64,000 nucleotides of DNA from Octopus bimaculoides (lineage: Eukaryota): positions 66,581,634 to 66,645,633 of the forward strand of contig NC_068983.1 of assembly GCF_001194135.2 (NCBI RefSeq). Direction: 5' to 3'. Below are positions 27,207-39,736 of the stretch, piece after piece. Numbering within the stretch: position 1 is the first letter of the stretch; each line of letters begins with the position of its first letter. The position numbers and the translations under genes are program-made. A model generated the notes under the pieces. That model worked only from the letters and a program-made list of their open reading frames with translations, was not told the DNA's origin and did no database searches.

Positions 27207-27831
27207 GAACCTGTGGAAGAGGTAGACCTAAGAAGACATGAGATGAGTTGGTGAAGCATGACCTTCAAGCAATGGGCCTCACAGAGCAATGACAGAAGAC
27301 AGAGACCTTTGGAGATGTGCTATGATTGAGAAGATCTGGCAACTAAAGTATGATCGTGGCCACATATGTCCGACCCACTTAAGAGTACCCCTAATGTGTT
27401 GTGTGATATGATATGCTTGAGAAGATCTGTTGAGTCAAGTAAAACCAATATTATTGCTGTGGCCACTGCTCCCTAACTGGCTCCCATGCTGGTGGCACAT
27501 AAAAAGCAACATCTGAACATGACCAATGCCAGTATCTCCTGACTGGCTCTCATGCAAGTGACATGTAAAAAGTACCAACTAAACGTGGCCGATGCTAGTA
27601 CCCCCTGACTTACCCCATACTGTTGGCACGTAAAAAGTACTATCTGAACGTGATCAATGCCAGGCCAGTGGCACATAAAAAGCACCCACTACACTCTCAG
27701 AGTGGTCGACGTTAGGAAGGGCACCCAGCCATAGAAACATTACCAGACCAGATTGGAGCCTGGTGCAGCCACTGGCTCTCCAACCCATGCCAGCATGGAA
27801 AACAGACATTAAACGATGATGATGGTGATGA
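27207..27831 (+). mobile_element. RTE LINE 3' fragment
   Basis: Begins at ggaacctgtggaagaggtagacc (compare 9980-10010), contains UTR subrepeats and ends in a (gat)n tail. Confidence 0.9.
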
Positions 27832-30143
27832 GTTCTGAAAAACTGCTGTTTTCTCTAATCTGTTGTTAGTTAATAACACTCTTAATTCTGAAATTCCTTT
27901 GAGCTACATTTATATAGTTATTTTCACTGTCTTTTAATATATCAATTTGATATTATTATGAGTAGAGGTAATTTCATATTTAACTGCCACAGATATTCAA
28001 TATTTTTACCTTTTCAAATGTAACTTTTCATCCCAGATGTCTACTTTCACTGCTTCTTAGTTGTACATGAGATGGTTACTCCTGCCTTATATCTTTAGCT
28101 TTTGTAAGCCTTCACGATCCTTCATTTACCATTGTATACTTTTGAATGTAAACTAGGAAACGAGGCTACCTTAAAAAGTTAGAGCCAGATAACATATTTT
28201 TACATCAGTATATCCATTACCCTTATTTGATTTTGGCTATGATAGAGTGTTTTTTTTTTTTGTGTACATTATCTTCATTGTTTAGTCAGGAGGAAAAGCA
28301 GCACCCATGATCCTTTACTGAGCCTCAGATATTGCTAAGAGGAAGTGGGAAAGGATGCTTGCAACAAAGTGGACTTTACTAAAGCACTTAAATATTAGGT
28401 GGTGATGTTAAACTGAAGAATGGATTAAGTGTGCAACACAAGCTAGCCACTGCAGGAAGATAAGGCATTGGAAGAAATACCGCAAGGCATCCTGTCCAAT
28501 GCTCTAATAATTCTGGCAGTCTACTTTTCTAAATTGTTACTTTATTCAGAAACCCTAGAAGGACAAAAGACTTAGTTGACATTAGCAAGATTTGAATTCA
28601 GAATGTAAGAAGTTGGAACAACTTTTTATCCAATGCGCCAGCTACTTTGTCATATTAAAGGAAAGACTTCTTATATTACTTACATATTTTCTCTTAACTC
28701 ATGAATTCATTTTTCTACATTAAACTGAATACAAATCAGCCCTTTTGGTACTCTAACAAAAGCCATATAAATTTCAGGATGGGCTGTAATGCTAATATTT
28801 ACTTGAAAACATTTATCCTTAGTCATTTTAACTCTGCTTATTATTTGTGTTTTTTAATCTTAATTAAATTTCCAAGTGTTCACTATTACATTATTGCATT
28901 CCTCCTAGAGGTATTTCATTTCTACTTGAGATTTTTCTGTGTTAATAACTATTAGAGTTACATAAATGTACACTAAAATGTATTTGCAAAATGTCATATG
29001 TGCATGACTGAGTATTACTATAACCACATTTCTTATAATGAAATTTAGTTATAATTTAGATGAAAACTAAAAATAAAAAGCAATAGTTAACACCCCCACA
29101 CATGCACTAGTAAAAAAACATACTGCTTCTTGAAACAGCTGCAGTGTCAAAAGTAAATAAAATGCATAACTGAAATTACTGCATCATCAACAATAAATAA
29201 TTATATCTACGTAGGTTTTTAGTTATTGCTGCCACATACCATCATCTCTAATTTGCTATATTAATTAGCCACCACTTTCATTATATTCTTAAACTACTTC
29301 ATTGACTGCTTCAGTATTGCCTGAAGATATCAGTTTGTAGTTTAATGCATTGGTAAAAAGACGTTATTTATCTGACATGTTTTAATGCATATATAATTAT
29401 AAGTTCTACCATTATTTTTATATAACTTCCCTCACATAAATATATACCAAGGCATGTTTGCTGATGCGATTGAGTGCATAAGGATGTTATTGGCATTTTA
29501 ATGCTAACTTATAAAGATCAAATATTGATGCATTAACATACAACAGATAAAAAGCAATAGAACTACTAATTCAAATAAAAATTCTTCAGACCAATCTCAT
29601 AATGAACAAATATAAATTTATCAAATTAAGTCTTATTTAATCATAAGTTTGAATAGAAATAAAATTACATTTTATATATTCTAATGTCATCTTTCATGTA
29701 TTTTTTATGGCATCTTCCTATCTAAGTTTTTTTGTTAATATTTTTGTGGGGAACATTTGTTTATTCTTACATCTAATTGTTATTGATTCAGAATTAATTT
29801 TTTATGCATGTTACTTTCTGCTTTATTCTATCTCTTTAATTTCTTTGTTAGAGCTACTTGTTTGTAATTGCTACTTATTTTGATTATTTCCTTCTTACTT
29901 TTTTTACTGAATAAACCCTAAAAGATATAGGAAGATATATTAATATTTGAAATGACAACATTACCGGCTTCTAACACTTGTTCATACACTGTGTGTAAAT
30001 ACTTCAGCAGCTAATATTAACCTGCTTTTGATCTTTATCATCTTGATTTCAAATTCATTTTAATGCTGAATTCTTATAACTAACTAAATGCTTTGTTTAT
30101 TTCTCTTACATTCCATTTCAAAAGTTGCAAGACTTCTTTTTAA

Positions 30144-30361
30144 CCCATTCGTTACCAACCCGGCTGAAACCAGCTCTGGCTCTGAGTATAAATGTCTTAT
30201 CTTCATAAGTTTTGAATCAAAACCTTCTACCAAACCTTAGTCACAATTTATGTTCCTAAAACTAGCTAAATAATAACTAAGTTATTTTACTAAATTCTTT
30301 GTCATATTTAAAGTAATTGAAAGAAACACTGCATCTCAAAATAAATACAGTAACAAAAGGG
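30144..30361. mobile_element. piggyBac-type MITE, 218 bp
   Basis: Reads TTAA|CCCATTCGTTAC ... GTAACAAAAGGG|TTAA: a TTAA duplication with CCC/GGG ends and a 12-bp TIR with 2 mismatches. Confidence 0.85.
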
Positions 30362-30655
30362 TTAAATTATAAAGTTATAGGGTTGGCTTGAAGAGGGAGG
30401 ATGCCCCAAACCAGGTGAGATGGCATGAGGGTGGTCGATGTGAGAGTGAAGTAGATCCAGCCACCACCACCCCCGTTAATTGGGACAAACCTGGATTTAA
30501 AATATTGGAATTCATCATCATCAGGTCCTCATTTATTCAAGACTAAATTATTTATAGAATAACAGTATCTTCCAACAAGACTTGTCTTTATAACTTCACC
30601 TTTCAAGAGCGTATAATTTTCTACTTTATATCATTTGCATATAAACAGTCTCCAT

Positions 30656-30846
30656 GCATATTCTGTTGTGTCTGGGGAGAGTCATTCTCTTTTGGTGCCT
30701 TATAATTTAACTCACTCACCGGTGCAAGACGCAACAAAAAATTTGGGAACAATAAAAAAAGAAATAAATGGAAATTTTACCGGTGAGTGTGTTAAATTAT
30801 AAGGCACCAAAAGAGAATGACTCTCGCCAGACGCAACAGAATATGC
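30656..30846. repeat. 68-bp inverted repeat with a 55-bp spacer
   Basis: 30656-30723 and 30779-30846 are reverse complements with about 3 mismatches. Confidence 0.95.
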
Positions 30847-31921
30847 TTCAACACATGAACCCGCATAAAGAATCTTGCAAACCAAATCCAAAAGCGAAAT
30901 CTCCATGCAATATATGTTTATATATTTCAAGTGTACTTATTACTTGTTAAACATTGACGTATTTCATAGATACTTGCAAATTGTAGATTTTTAAAGGCTT
31001 CAAAGTGATCAAAGTTAATTGAGAGAAAGAAAAATCGAATAAATTTGTATTCTACTTCGGCTGCTCTTTGCTTTACACTTTCTCTATATAATGCTTTGTC
31101 TAATACTTCTACTTTGATTGCTTTTATATTTAAAAATAAATATTCTAGATTCTTCTAATATAAATGTTTCACCTTATTAGTCTGTTTTCAATTCCAACTC
31201 TACCCATTTTCCCTATTGATTTGATCCACATTAGGGGAAATGTATTTTCTCTTAAGGCATAGTTAAAACTGCAGCTTAAGGAAGATCGATCAAGATGTCA
31301 ACTAATTCCTGCCTGTATGAAATTATGATTTACACTATTATAATGATTCATTGCAAGACATTGTCATTAGATATACGATGAATGATACTCAGCCAAATAA
31401 AAATAAGTTATGTGTAATTGATAAATATTCAACTTAATGAATGTTTTTATAATGGTTTCTTAATTTACTGTCATAGACATACATTTGCATTTAACTTTTA
31501 GTAGTTTTCAAGGCTAAAATTTTGTGAGGTTGTAAGGTAGCAGGATGAGTCAGTGCTTCATTAAAGCACCGTTTTATAACATTTTGATGCTACTCTGTTC
31601 TGCTTTGATCTGCTTTGGCTCCATTTGAGTTTCTCTAAGATTGATTAGAAGAAGTTTATGTTTTTACCTGATGTTTTTACATCATAAATAAAGTATCTCA
31701 AATTTTGTCTGTCAAAAATATTTTCTGCTCCAATTAAATGCAGAAATTCATCAATACCTGCAAAGCATTGTAAAAATAATGAACTGCTTTGCCTCTAATT
31801 GTTTGTATTACCTTCAATGGTTATTGAATTAAGAAAATATGAATATGTAATTGTCAATGTGGATAGGTAGATAAATAAATTGACAGATAAACAATAGAAA
31901 AAATTGAATACTATAATGTTA

Positions 31922-32318
31922 TGTAGGTGCAGTGACCTCCCCTGATGGTAGCTGCCTAAATAGCTCGCCACTAGATGGTACATGTAACTTTGAGGTTCCA
32001 GCACTCAGTCCTTTCTCTTTGTCATTGCGACAGTAGTGTGTGCAGACATGACCTTGTTAGCTCTTGCACAACACAAACAGCTAACAGACATTAAACAGAT
32101 ATGAGGTAGAATACACAGAAGATGAACATCGCCTTCACGTGTAAACACTTCCAATGATTATTCAACTTGTATACATTTGTAACCTGGTATAAAAGCATTT
32201 AAAAGTTACAGTTTGGGTCACTGTACAGTGAATTCATTGTACAGTGTTCCTTCATCAAATGACCTCTATTCCAGCCTTCTGAATGGAGTCATCATCAGAT
32301 GGTTTCACCATGTGAGAC
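31922..32318 (+). repeat. Gypsy LTR copy, 3'-truncated and inverted relative to the LTR at 33551-34006
   Basis: Starts TGTAGGTGCAG and aligns by eye with the reverse complement of 33623-34006. Confidence 0.85.
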
Positions 32319-32399
32319 AGAGTGACATCTGGTTCTCCCTGTAGAAGAAGAATGGTCCCTACACATGTGTGAAATTTGATGAGTCAGTTCCCTAATAGC

Positions 32400-32945
32400 C
32401 CGTAAAGTTTTGGAGGATTGTGTGTCGTCCAGAGCAGAAGAAGTGCAAACTCACGAGGAAGACAAAGAAGCAACTGCAACAATGTTATCAGCGGATGACA
32501 GTGTGCCAGAAAATTCCAGAATCCTGTCTGCAGAGGCAGCAAGTTGTTCAATGGAAGTATGTTCCATCATAGGTGCTAAAATTGACTGGACATTAGAAAG
32601 CATCCTTGAGAAAATAAACTGCTTGATGAATGATTGACCTTCATATGAACTATCGGTCAATTCCTGGATCCATCAGAAAAACTCAGTGGAGGTTTGGTCC
32701 CTGAGATGCTCATCCCACAAGAGCATATGAAATTTACTTTTGGCAGAAGGAGAGTTGCATCTGAGAACCTCAGTTTTGAAGGATTCATACGTTATGTCAG
32801 GTGGATTTTCTGTTATTATATTTATGGACTGAGAGTGCGAGAGGAGAAGGAATGCCTGTGAATGCAATGTGGAGTTGGCTCTGAGCCACCTGAATATTCG
32901 AGAAAACGAAAAAGGATTCCAATTGGGAAAACCACATGTTAGCAT
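32400..32945 (-). pseudogene. Gypsy/Ty3 gag remnant
   Basis: Frames read NIITENPPDITYESFKTEVLRCNSPSAKSKFHMLLWDEHLRDQTSTEFF and SIIKQFIFSRMLSNVQSILAPMMEHTSIEQLAASADRILE. These resemble invertebrate Gypsy Gag motifs ('PP..PY..LK..L...L..LL..E.LGD.KPS' and 'LFLQRLP.NVQ.IL..LA..ADRI'). Confidence 0.8.
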
Positions 32946-33539
32946 CTCTATGAAATTGAGGCAAAGGAAAATGACTCTTTAGACGATAATAAGAAATGGA
33001 ACACCACGATGAACAAGCTGGTTGAAGGAAATACCATTAGAAAAAGCAGTCAAACACCTTAGTTGAAAGAAGATATGACGAGTATTGAACTAGGAATTTT
33101 TTGCAGCAGAGGATGAAATGGGAGAAGTCCTTGCTAATGGATGAAGAGCAAAACAATTGCCAACACATGGATAGTCCGGGTAGGATTGAGAGGGAAACTC
33201 ATACCTGGTTCGTAGGAAAAATTGTTATCCATATGAATTCCAGACAACATTGGCTGTTAAATATAACTTCTTGTATGTGAAAAGAAGAAAAATTCTTCTG
33301 GGAAGCTGTTTCTTAGAAGGATAAGGTTGTAATTTCAGTTACAACATGAGCAAAAAAAAGATGTGCATTTCCTACTTAAAAATGGCGCCAAAAATTTTGT
33401 AAAAGAAGATGATATGGTGACGAAAGAGGCATCAGTGGTATGTTCTTATATGATGAATGGTGGTCTGGCCATGTAGACAAACTTATAAAGGAGAAAAAAA
33501 GAATGCGTGTATCCACTGAATCAGAAATTCATCTGAGAA

Positions 33540-33548
33540 GGGTCACCA
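33540..33548 (-). other. Putative primer-binding site (tRNA-Trp type)
   Basis: TGGTGACCC lies immediately 3' of the LTR on the minus strand and matches the first 9 nt of the Trp-type PBS TGGTGACCCCGAC. Confidence 0.6.
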
Positions 33549-33550
33549 TT

Positions 33551-34006
33551 TTAGAAGGAATTGTGATCTAGAATGTCATGGTGCATGTTCTACGTCAGGG
33601 GTTACCTTTATAGATGGTTGTGGTCTTACATGGTGAAACCATCTAATGACAACTCCATTCAGAAAGCTGGAATAGATGTCATTCCATGAAGGAACATTGT
33701 ACAATGAATTCATAGAACCAAACTGTAACTTTTAAATGCTTTTACACCAGGTCACAAATATATATACAAGTTGAATAATCATGGGAAGTGTTTACAAGTG
33801 AAGGCGATGTTCATCTTCTGTGTATTCTACCTCATATCTTTTAGCTGTTGCATGCGTTATGCAAGAGCTAACAAGGTCACGTCCACACACACTACTGTCG
33901 CGATGACAAAGTGGAAGGACTGGGTGCCAAAACCTCAAAGTTACATGTGCCATCTAGTGGCAAGCTATTTAGGCAGCTACCATCAGGGGAGGTAACTGTA
34001 CCTACA
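33551..34006 (-). repeat. Gypsy 5' LTR, about 455 bp
   Basis: The minus strand starts TGTAGGTACAG and is followed by the PBS, a leader and gag in the same orientation. Confidence 0.8.
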
Positions 34007-34263
34007 GTTATTTTCTCGTCAGTCATAATAATATATCATGTTTAAAATTTTCCTCTGCTAAACACTTTATATTTCTCTCTTTTTCTCTCTAACTCTTTTT
34101 AACCATGTCATTCCCCTCTTCACGTTGTTATCATTTCTCTTTTTCTCTTCACTTCTCACTTCCACTACCCTCATGACAGCTTAATGCATCAGCTGGCAAT
34201 AATGCCACTACTTTGTCTCTGTCTCTGTCTGTCTGTCGGTCTCTGTCTGTCGGTCTCTGTTTG

Positions 34264-34328
<65 letters not shown>

Positions 34329-34903
34329 TTCTCTCTGTTTACCTTTCTTTAACCTCACCACCAGAACATCATCCTTTTGCTAAACATTCTATTTTCAACT
34401 CTCTCTATATCACTCTATTCAACTAACTTTTTAACCAGGTAATAACTTTTACTCACCCCTTACCTCATGTTAACACTTCTCTCTCTCTTTCTCTCTCACT
34501 CTTTGCTTTTCCCTTCAACTAATTATGTGACAGTGTAACACATTTCAGCCTTAGCATATATAGATCATTATCTATTTAAAAGGAAGTGTTTACATTCTGT
34601 ATTATTGTCTGGCTGGAGATTTCAGTGCTAGACTCAGATGTAATCTTTGCTAATGTCTGAGGCAACAACATTGCTTTTACAGAATGGCATATGGTGACAC
34701 ATGAGAATAAAGTTTCTGGTGGATTCGACCATATGGAAGCTCTGCTGGTTATTGTTGGAAAGAGAAAAAAAGATCCAAAGTGTTAGAGAACATTGTTAAT
34801 ATCTATTGTAATTTTGATGAAGCTAGATCCAGTGACTATTTCTTGTTCTGATATGTGCTAGATATCTTATTAAATTTCAACTAAAATTCTGATAGTGCAA
34901 AAT

Positions 34904-35890
34904 TTCCCAGATGGCAGAATCAGGTATTCCACAGACAGCAAAAACTCAACCTTTTAACCAGATGTTATTTAGAAAATTGCTATTTTTAAATCTCACAACG
35001 AGAGATATTCAGCAACAGTACTTTGGAGTAAAGATTGCTTGCCAACATAATATGGCAGTCTTGGTTTAGGATGAATGTTGCTGTAATTTAGCCCCAGGAG
35101 ACATCATCTCCAGCCCGCTATACGACATGATCTGTGTCCTTATATTTTCAAACAAGGGAATCTAGCACCCCCACTCAGCTCAAAAACAATATCTGTGTAT
35201 CGGGATTTCTGGGTTATTTCCCTTCATCCTGGAGCTAAATTACACCAACATTCGTCTCAAACCAGGACTGCCATGTTATGTTGGCAAACAACCTTTACTC
35301 CAAAGTACTGTTGCTGAATATCTCTTATTGTGAGATTTAAAATAGTAATTTTCTAATTTATAGATCAGTGACTAGTTGTCACTTTGAAAATTATATATTT
35401 CGAACGGGAATTTGGCAGCGCCATCTCTAGCCGAACAATTACTCTGTGCTGATGAAAGGAAATAACCTGGAAATCGCAATTCACAGATATTGTTTTTGAG
35501 CTGAGTGGGGGTGTTAGATTCCCTTGTTCGAAAATATAAGGATACAGATCATGTCGTATAGCTGGCTGGAGACGATGTATCCTGGGGCTAAATTACAGCA
35601 ACATTCATCCTAAACCAGGACTGCCATGTTATGTTGGCAAGCAATCTTTACTCCAAAGTACTGTTGCTGAATATCTCTCGTTGTGAGATTTAAAAATAGT
35701 AATTTTCTAAATAACTTCTGGTTAAAAAGTTGAGTTTTTGCTGTCTGTGGAGTACCTGATTCTGCCATCTGGGAACACAGATTGTGTCGTATAGCCAGCT
35801 GGAGATGATGTCTCCTGGGGCTAAGTTACAGCAACATTTGTCCTAAACCAGGACTGCCATGTTATGTTGGCAAATAATCTTTACACCAGA
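34904..35890. repeat. 325-bp inverted repeat plus two partial direct copies; probable PLE pLTR or retrozyme-like repeat cluster
   Basis: Arms 34904-35228 and 35451-35775 differ at about 18 positions by manual count. Partial copies lie at about 35227-35357 and 35776-35890. Confidence 0.9.
35443..35487 (+). ncRNA. Minimal type I hammerhead ribozyme-like motif
   Basis: Reads TCTGTG-CTGATGA-A-AGG-AAATAA-CCT-G-GAAA-TCGCAA-TT-CACAGA. Helix I is TCTGTG/CACAGA and helix II is AGG/CCT (GGG/CCC in the mirror arm). Helix III is near-palindromic. Confidence 0.65.
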
Positions 35891-38559
35891 AATTATTTAT
35901 TTCAATGCTTACAATATTCTGTCAGTTATGTTAAACTTGCTCCTATCAATAATCTCACTTTTAGCATATGATTTAATTCTAAACTTTTTGCTATAGCTTT
36001 ACAAATCAAGAGCAATTCACCTATGTCAATAGCCATCTACAGCACCAAAAATAAATTTCTGCCTAACTGTTTCATAGAATAATTGTGCTAATACTATTGG
36101 TTTGGAACATAACTTGGCAAAAATGTCCTTCTGGTTACAACAATGTTTATCAATAGCAGTACATTCTTTACAGATATGTAAGGTCCACACTAGAAAGAGG
36201 TTTTTGCCTGAATTGAAGTCGATTTCCCCCATAGAAGTAACATAGGGATTATTATCTTTTATAGGAATACTGTCCATAACACCCTTTGAACTGTACAAAG
36301 CAACATTCTGCAATATATAAGCTTTTCCAGCTTTGTGACAAGGCAAATCATCTTTTGATCTGTTTCTCTGTTTAGTCCTTAGCAAAATGCATTCCTGAAG
36401 GCTCCTAATATATGGAATTTACAAGATTTTGATGCTGTAAATTTCCTAAGAGATCTGACAAAGTTTTTGATAGGTGGTCCATGCTGTTGTTTCAATTAAT
36501 ATAGTATTATTTGTTCACTAAGTACAGTTTTGATGTTAGTAAATTTAGATGCAATATAATTTTTGCTCTATGTATGTAAATGACATCTTCAGCCTCTCCT
36601 TTTGTAATTTAAGGTCATTCCATTTCATTGAAGTAACTAGCTGTTCTATCTCTTAGACTTGACCAAAATAAATCTATTTTATTGTTCTCATCTAGTTTCA
36701 TATGATACCTTTCAAACTGAATAATAAATCAAAGGATTCTGCAGAATTATACTTTAACATAAGAGGGTTGAATCTTATTGATCACTTAACTGATTATACA
36801 GTAACTTGTGAAATATGAAAATTATTGTAATCCATAATTTCAAGGAGTTAATATCCACCTGTAGGTAGACTACACTTCAGAGGCTGTCAACTAATGACAT
36901 TATTTCACTTTTTTTTGGAAGATTTGATATGTATGTACATGAGTTTCCTGTGATCTGAACTAATAATACTGTTAGTAATTCACATAATAATATAAGACAA
37001 TTATAGAATATTCAATACTACAAATTATCACACTAAATGACACAGCTGTGGCCTTTTTCATTTACCTTTCAAAGAGTGTTAACTACTTAAAAAAAGCATA
37101 TAAATTGCGTCTTTCTCAACTGATAAATACGTAAATAAATCTCACTACTTAAATATTGAGAGCACTATGTAATTAAGGAATGTTTTATTAGCATGCTGTC
37201 CTGAGTTCAGGCCAACATAAGCCTGATCTGGTAAGAGAAAGTCACTTCACTATTCAATCTCAAAGTCTAAAGGATTCAATCTGCTTTGTCATTCCATCTT
37301 ACCTCAGATTATGATTGTGATCTGTGTGATGGCTGCTACTGCTCCACAACAGTTCATTTTCTATTCCAGTAGGTTAATCTTTTTACTTTACTTTGTGAAA
37401 ATTCATGTCAACCTGATAATGATGAAATATAAAATTCAGGTACCATATTAAACAGTTTTTCGCTACTTTCAAACTGTTGTTAGATGACATCAATTAGTTG
37501 AGAAACACAAAACAAGCCACATTACAATCGTTGATCTAAATCCATTTGGACAGTTATTTACATTACAACTTTGTGTGTGTGTGTGTGTCCATCCATCCAT
37601 GTATGACTGTACAAATATGGAATTAACTTCATATTCACATGTGTTTGGATTCTATCCCACTGTGTGACACTTGTGTCTTCTACTATAGTGTTGGGCTGAC
37701 CATTACCTTGAGAGAGAAATTGATGGGCAGAAGCTGTATGGAAGCCTGTGTGTGAGATCTCAGAAAAAGTGCTATATGGACAGTATGGCAAAATATATTT
37801 TGGAGAAGTAAGGTGTGGGAACTGAAACATCCTTCTACTAAATGTAACTTCAGAGATGTCCTAAGTGATGAGGAGGAGATAGATATCTATAATATATAGG
37901 ACAAGTAAGTTTCTATGAGAGATTTTGTTGAACATTATAGGCTAGATCAGTGGTAAAAACAAGATTTCAACTAGATCAAAAGTAAAATAGTGATGGAATG
38001 TAACTCAATAAAATCATAAAAATTAAGAAAAAAAGCCTGGAAAGATTTGATGAAAGTGCACAGAAAGAGCAATATCAAAAAGTTTGAAGAGAAGCTAAAT
38101 GATATGATTACATAACAGAGATTACAAAAGCAGCATATTTGCCAGTGTTCTCCATTCTGTGAATCTAAGTCATTAGGTTTTAAAGACTGAAATGGGATAT
38201 CAAGGTGAAACAAGTTGTTCTTAGGAAAGTGTGAGTTCAAAAATGATAGTGGTTCACTTACCCTCAGAGATGCTGAGAAGAAGGTGGTTTGAAAACAGTT
38301 CTACTAAGGGTTGCTGTAAATTTTCTACTAGGTGTTGAAAAATTTGTAGGGGAAAAAACTACCCCAGAGAACCATTTGTTGAAGTGGAGAGTTATATGGT
38401 CAAAATGGCCTTCAACCTTTTTCTTACCATGTTTCTGTTGAAATACGTCTGCCTTTATTTCAATTAATTTTGAAAATGAAAATAACGAAAAATTTAGTAA
38501 AATAACTTTGTCATTATTAAATGGTGTTTGGAACATAAATTAACATGAAATTTTGATGG

Positions 38560-39520
38560 ACATTACTAATTTAGATCACTTTTAAAACATGAAGTTTGTA
38601 TTATAGAATCAAGGGCAGTTTCAAGTGGGTTGGTATCAAAACAGCTTAAGAATATGAAAACAGGGAATGTCACAGTCCATCAAGGGAAGTTGTTGTGATG
38701 CTGAAAATATCAAGTGAAGATGGGTTCCTCTTTTCTTATTCATATTCTATCTTGACTATATCCTTTGCATTTCAATATCTCACAACAAGTTACATAGATT
38801 TATCCTCACAAGTCAAAAAGTTTCAGATACTCAGCCTTTACAATAATTGATACATATGTTGATGACTTACCCTTCAGTCAGATCTAAGTGCAGGATCCAC
38901 TACTTTACTTCACAGTCCAGAAGATGGTGTGAGAAACTAGTCTTAACACCAGTAAAATGGAACTTGTCAAAAACATCCTGTAAATTTTCATGTTCATCCT
39001 TGGAGCACCATAGTAAGTACACAAGCAGATGTTAAGCTACATATCAGCAAAGTGTGAGCTGCAATTTGAAGAACTGGGGAAGAAGTTTCCAATATCATGA
39101 CAAAGTGTAGAAACAAGCAGTACAGTGGGATTACAGGCAAGCTAAGTAAAATATATTCTTTCAAATGCTCAGAAGGCTCTATAGAAATAAACTGCAGTAC
39201 TACATGGTGGTGAAATGCTGGCACTGAACCCAAAGGATGTGCCTAGACTTGAAAGAAATGAAACTCTTGGATATTATATGTTAGTCTGCAATCAGGAATG
39301 ATCTAGGTATAATTGAAATCATATATAATATGCAAGTGAGACAAATGCATTAGTACAAAACATGTAAGGAATATTGGATGATGACAGTTGGGTAAAGTAC
39401 TGCCTGAAAGGAAACTGTGGATAAAGAAAACTGAGGAAGACATAGGCAAAATGATGAAAGTTGATCTTAGGATGCCAAACCTCATGAAGTAGATAACAAA
39501 GGAACAGAACAAGTAACTAA
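38560..39520 (+). mobile_element. Highly decayed RTE-like LINE relic
   Basis: A YVDDL frame lies at about 38855. Downstream sequence resembles the RTE ORF end (gatgacagttgggtaaagtactgcc...gaggaagacatagg). Confidence 0.45.
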
Positions 39521-39537
39521 ATGGTTTGTTGGATATA

Positions 39538-39736
39538 AGAGATGTGCTGAAAAGTTTCAGGCTTTGGGGAAAAGAAAATACAGGAAGATCAGTTAATTAT
39601 GATTTTATTTAACATATTCACATACTTATTGCAGTGGTCCTTCAGTTTTTCTAAACCATGTAAAAACTCTGAAGGTTGGACCTCCAACTAGGCCTTTTGT
39701 GATACCCTTAAAATCAGGAACTTTTCAGCACCTCAT
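39538..39736. mobile_element. mariner-type MITE, about 200 bp
   Basis: Inverted ends gtgctgaaaagtttcagg and tcaggaacttttcagcacctc. Confidence 0.7.

Noticed and set aside
31922-34006. DIRS-type element as an explanation for the inverted repeats
   Set aside because: There is no tyrosine recombinase or RT, the gag is Gypsy-like, and a PBS and TG...CA ends are present.
36026-36900. 119-aa minus-strand ORF and flanks, possibly an L1/Tx1-like relic or an exon
   Set aside because: There is no convincing motif and no splice-consistent structure.
38871-38977. Minus-strand segment between a ttacag acceptor and a GTAAGT donor
   Set aside because: All three frames contain stops, and the plus strand is better explained as a decayed RTE YxDD region.
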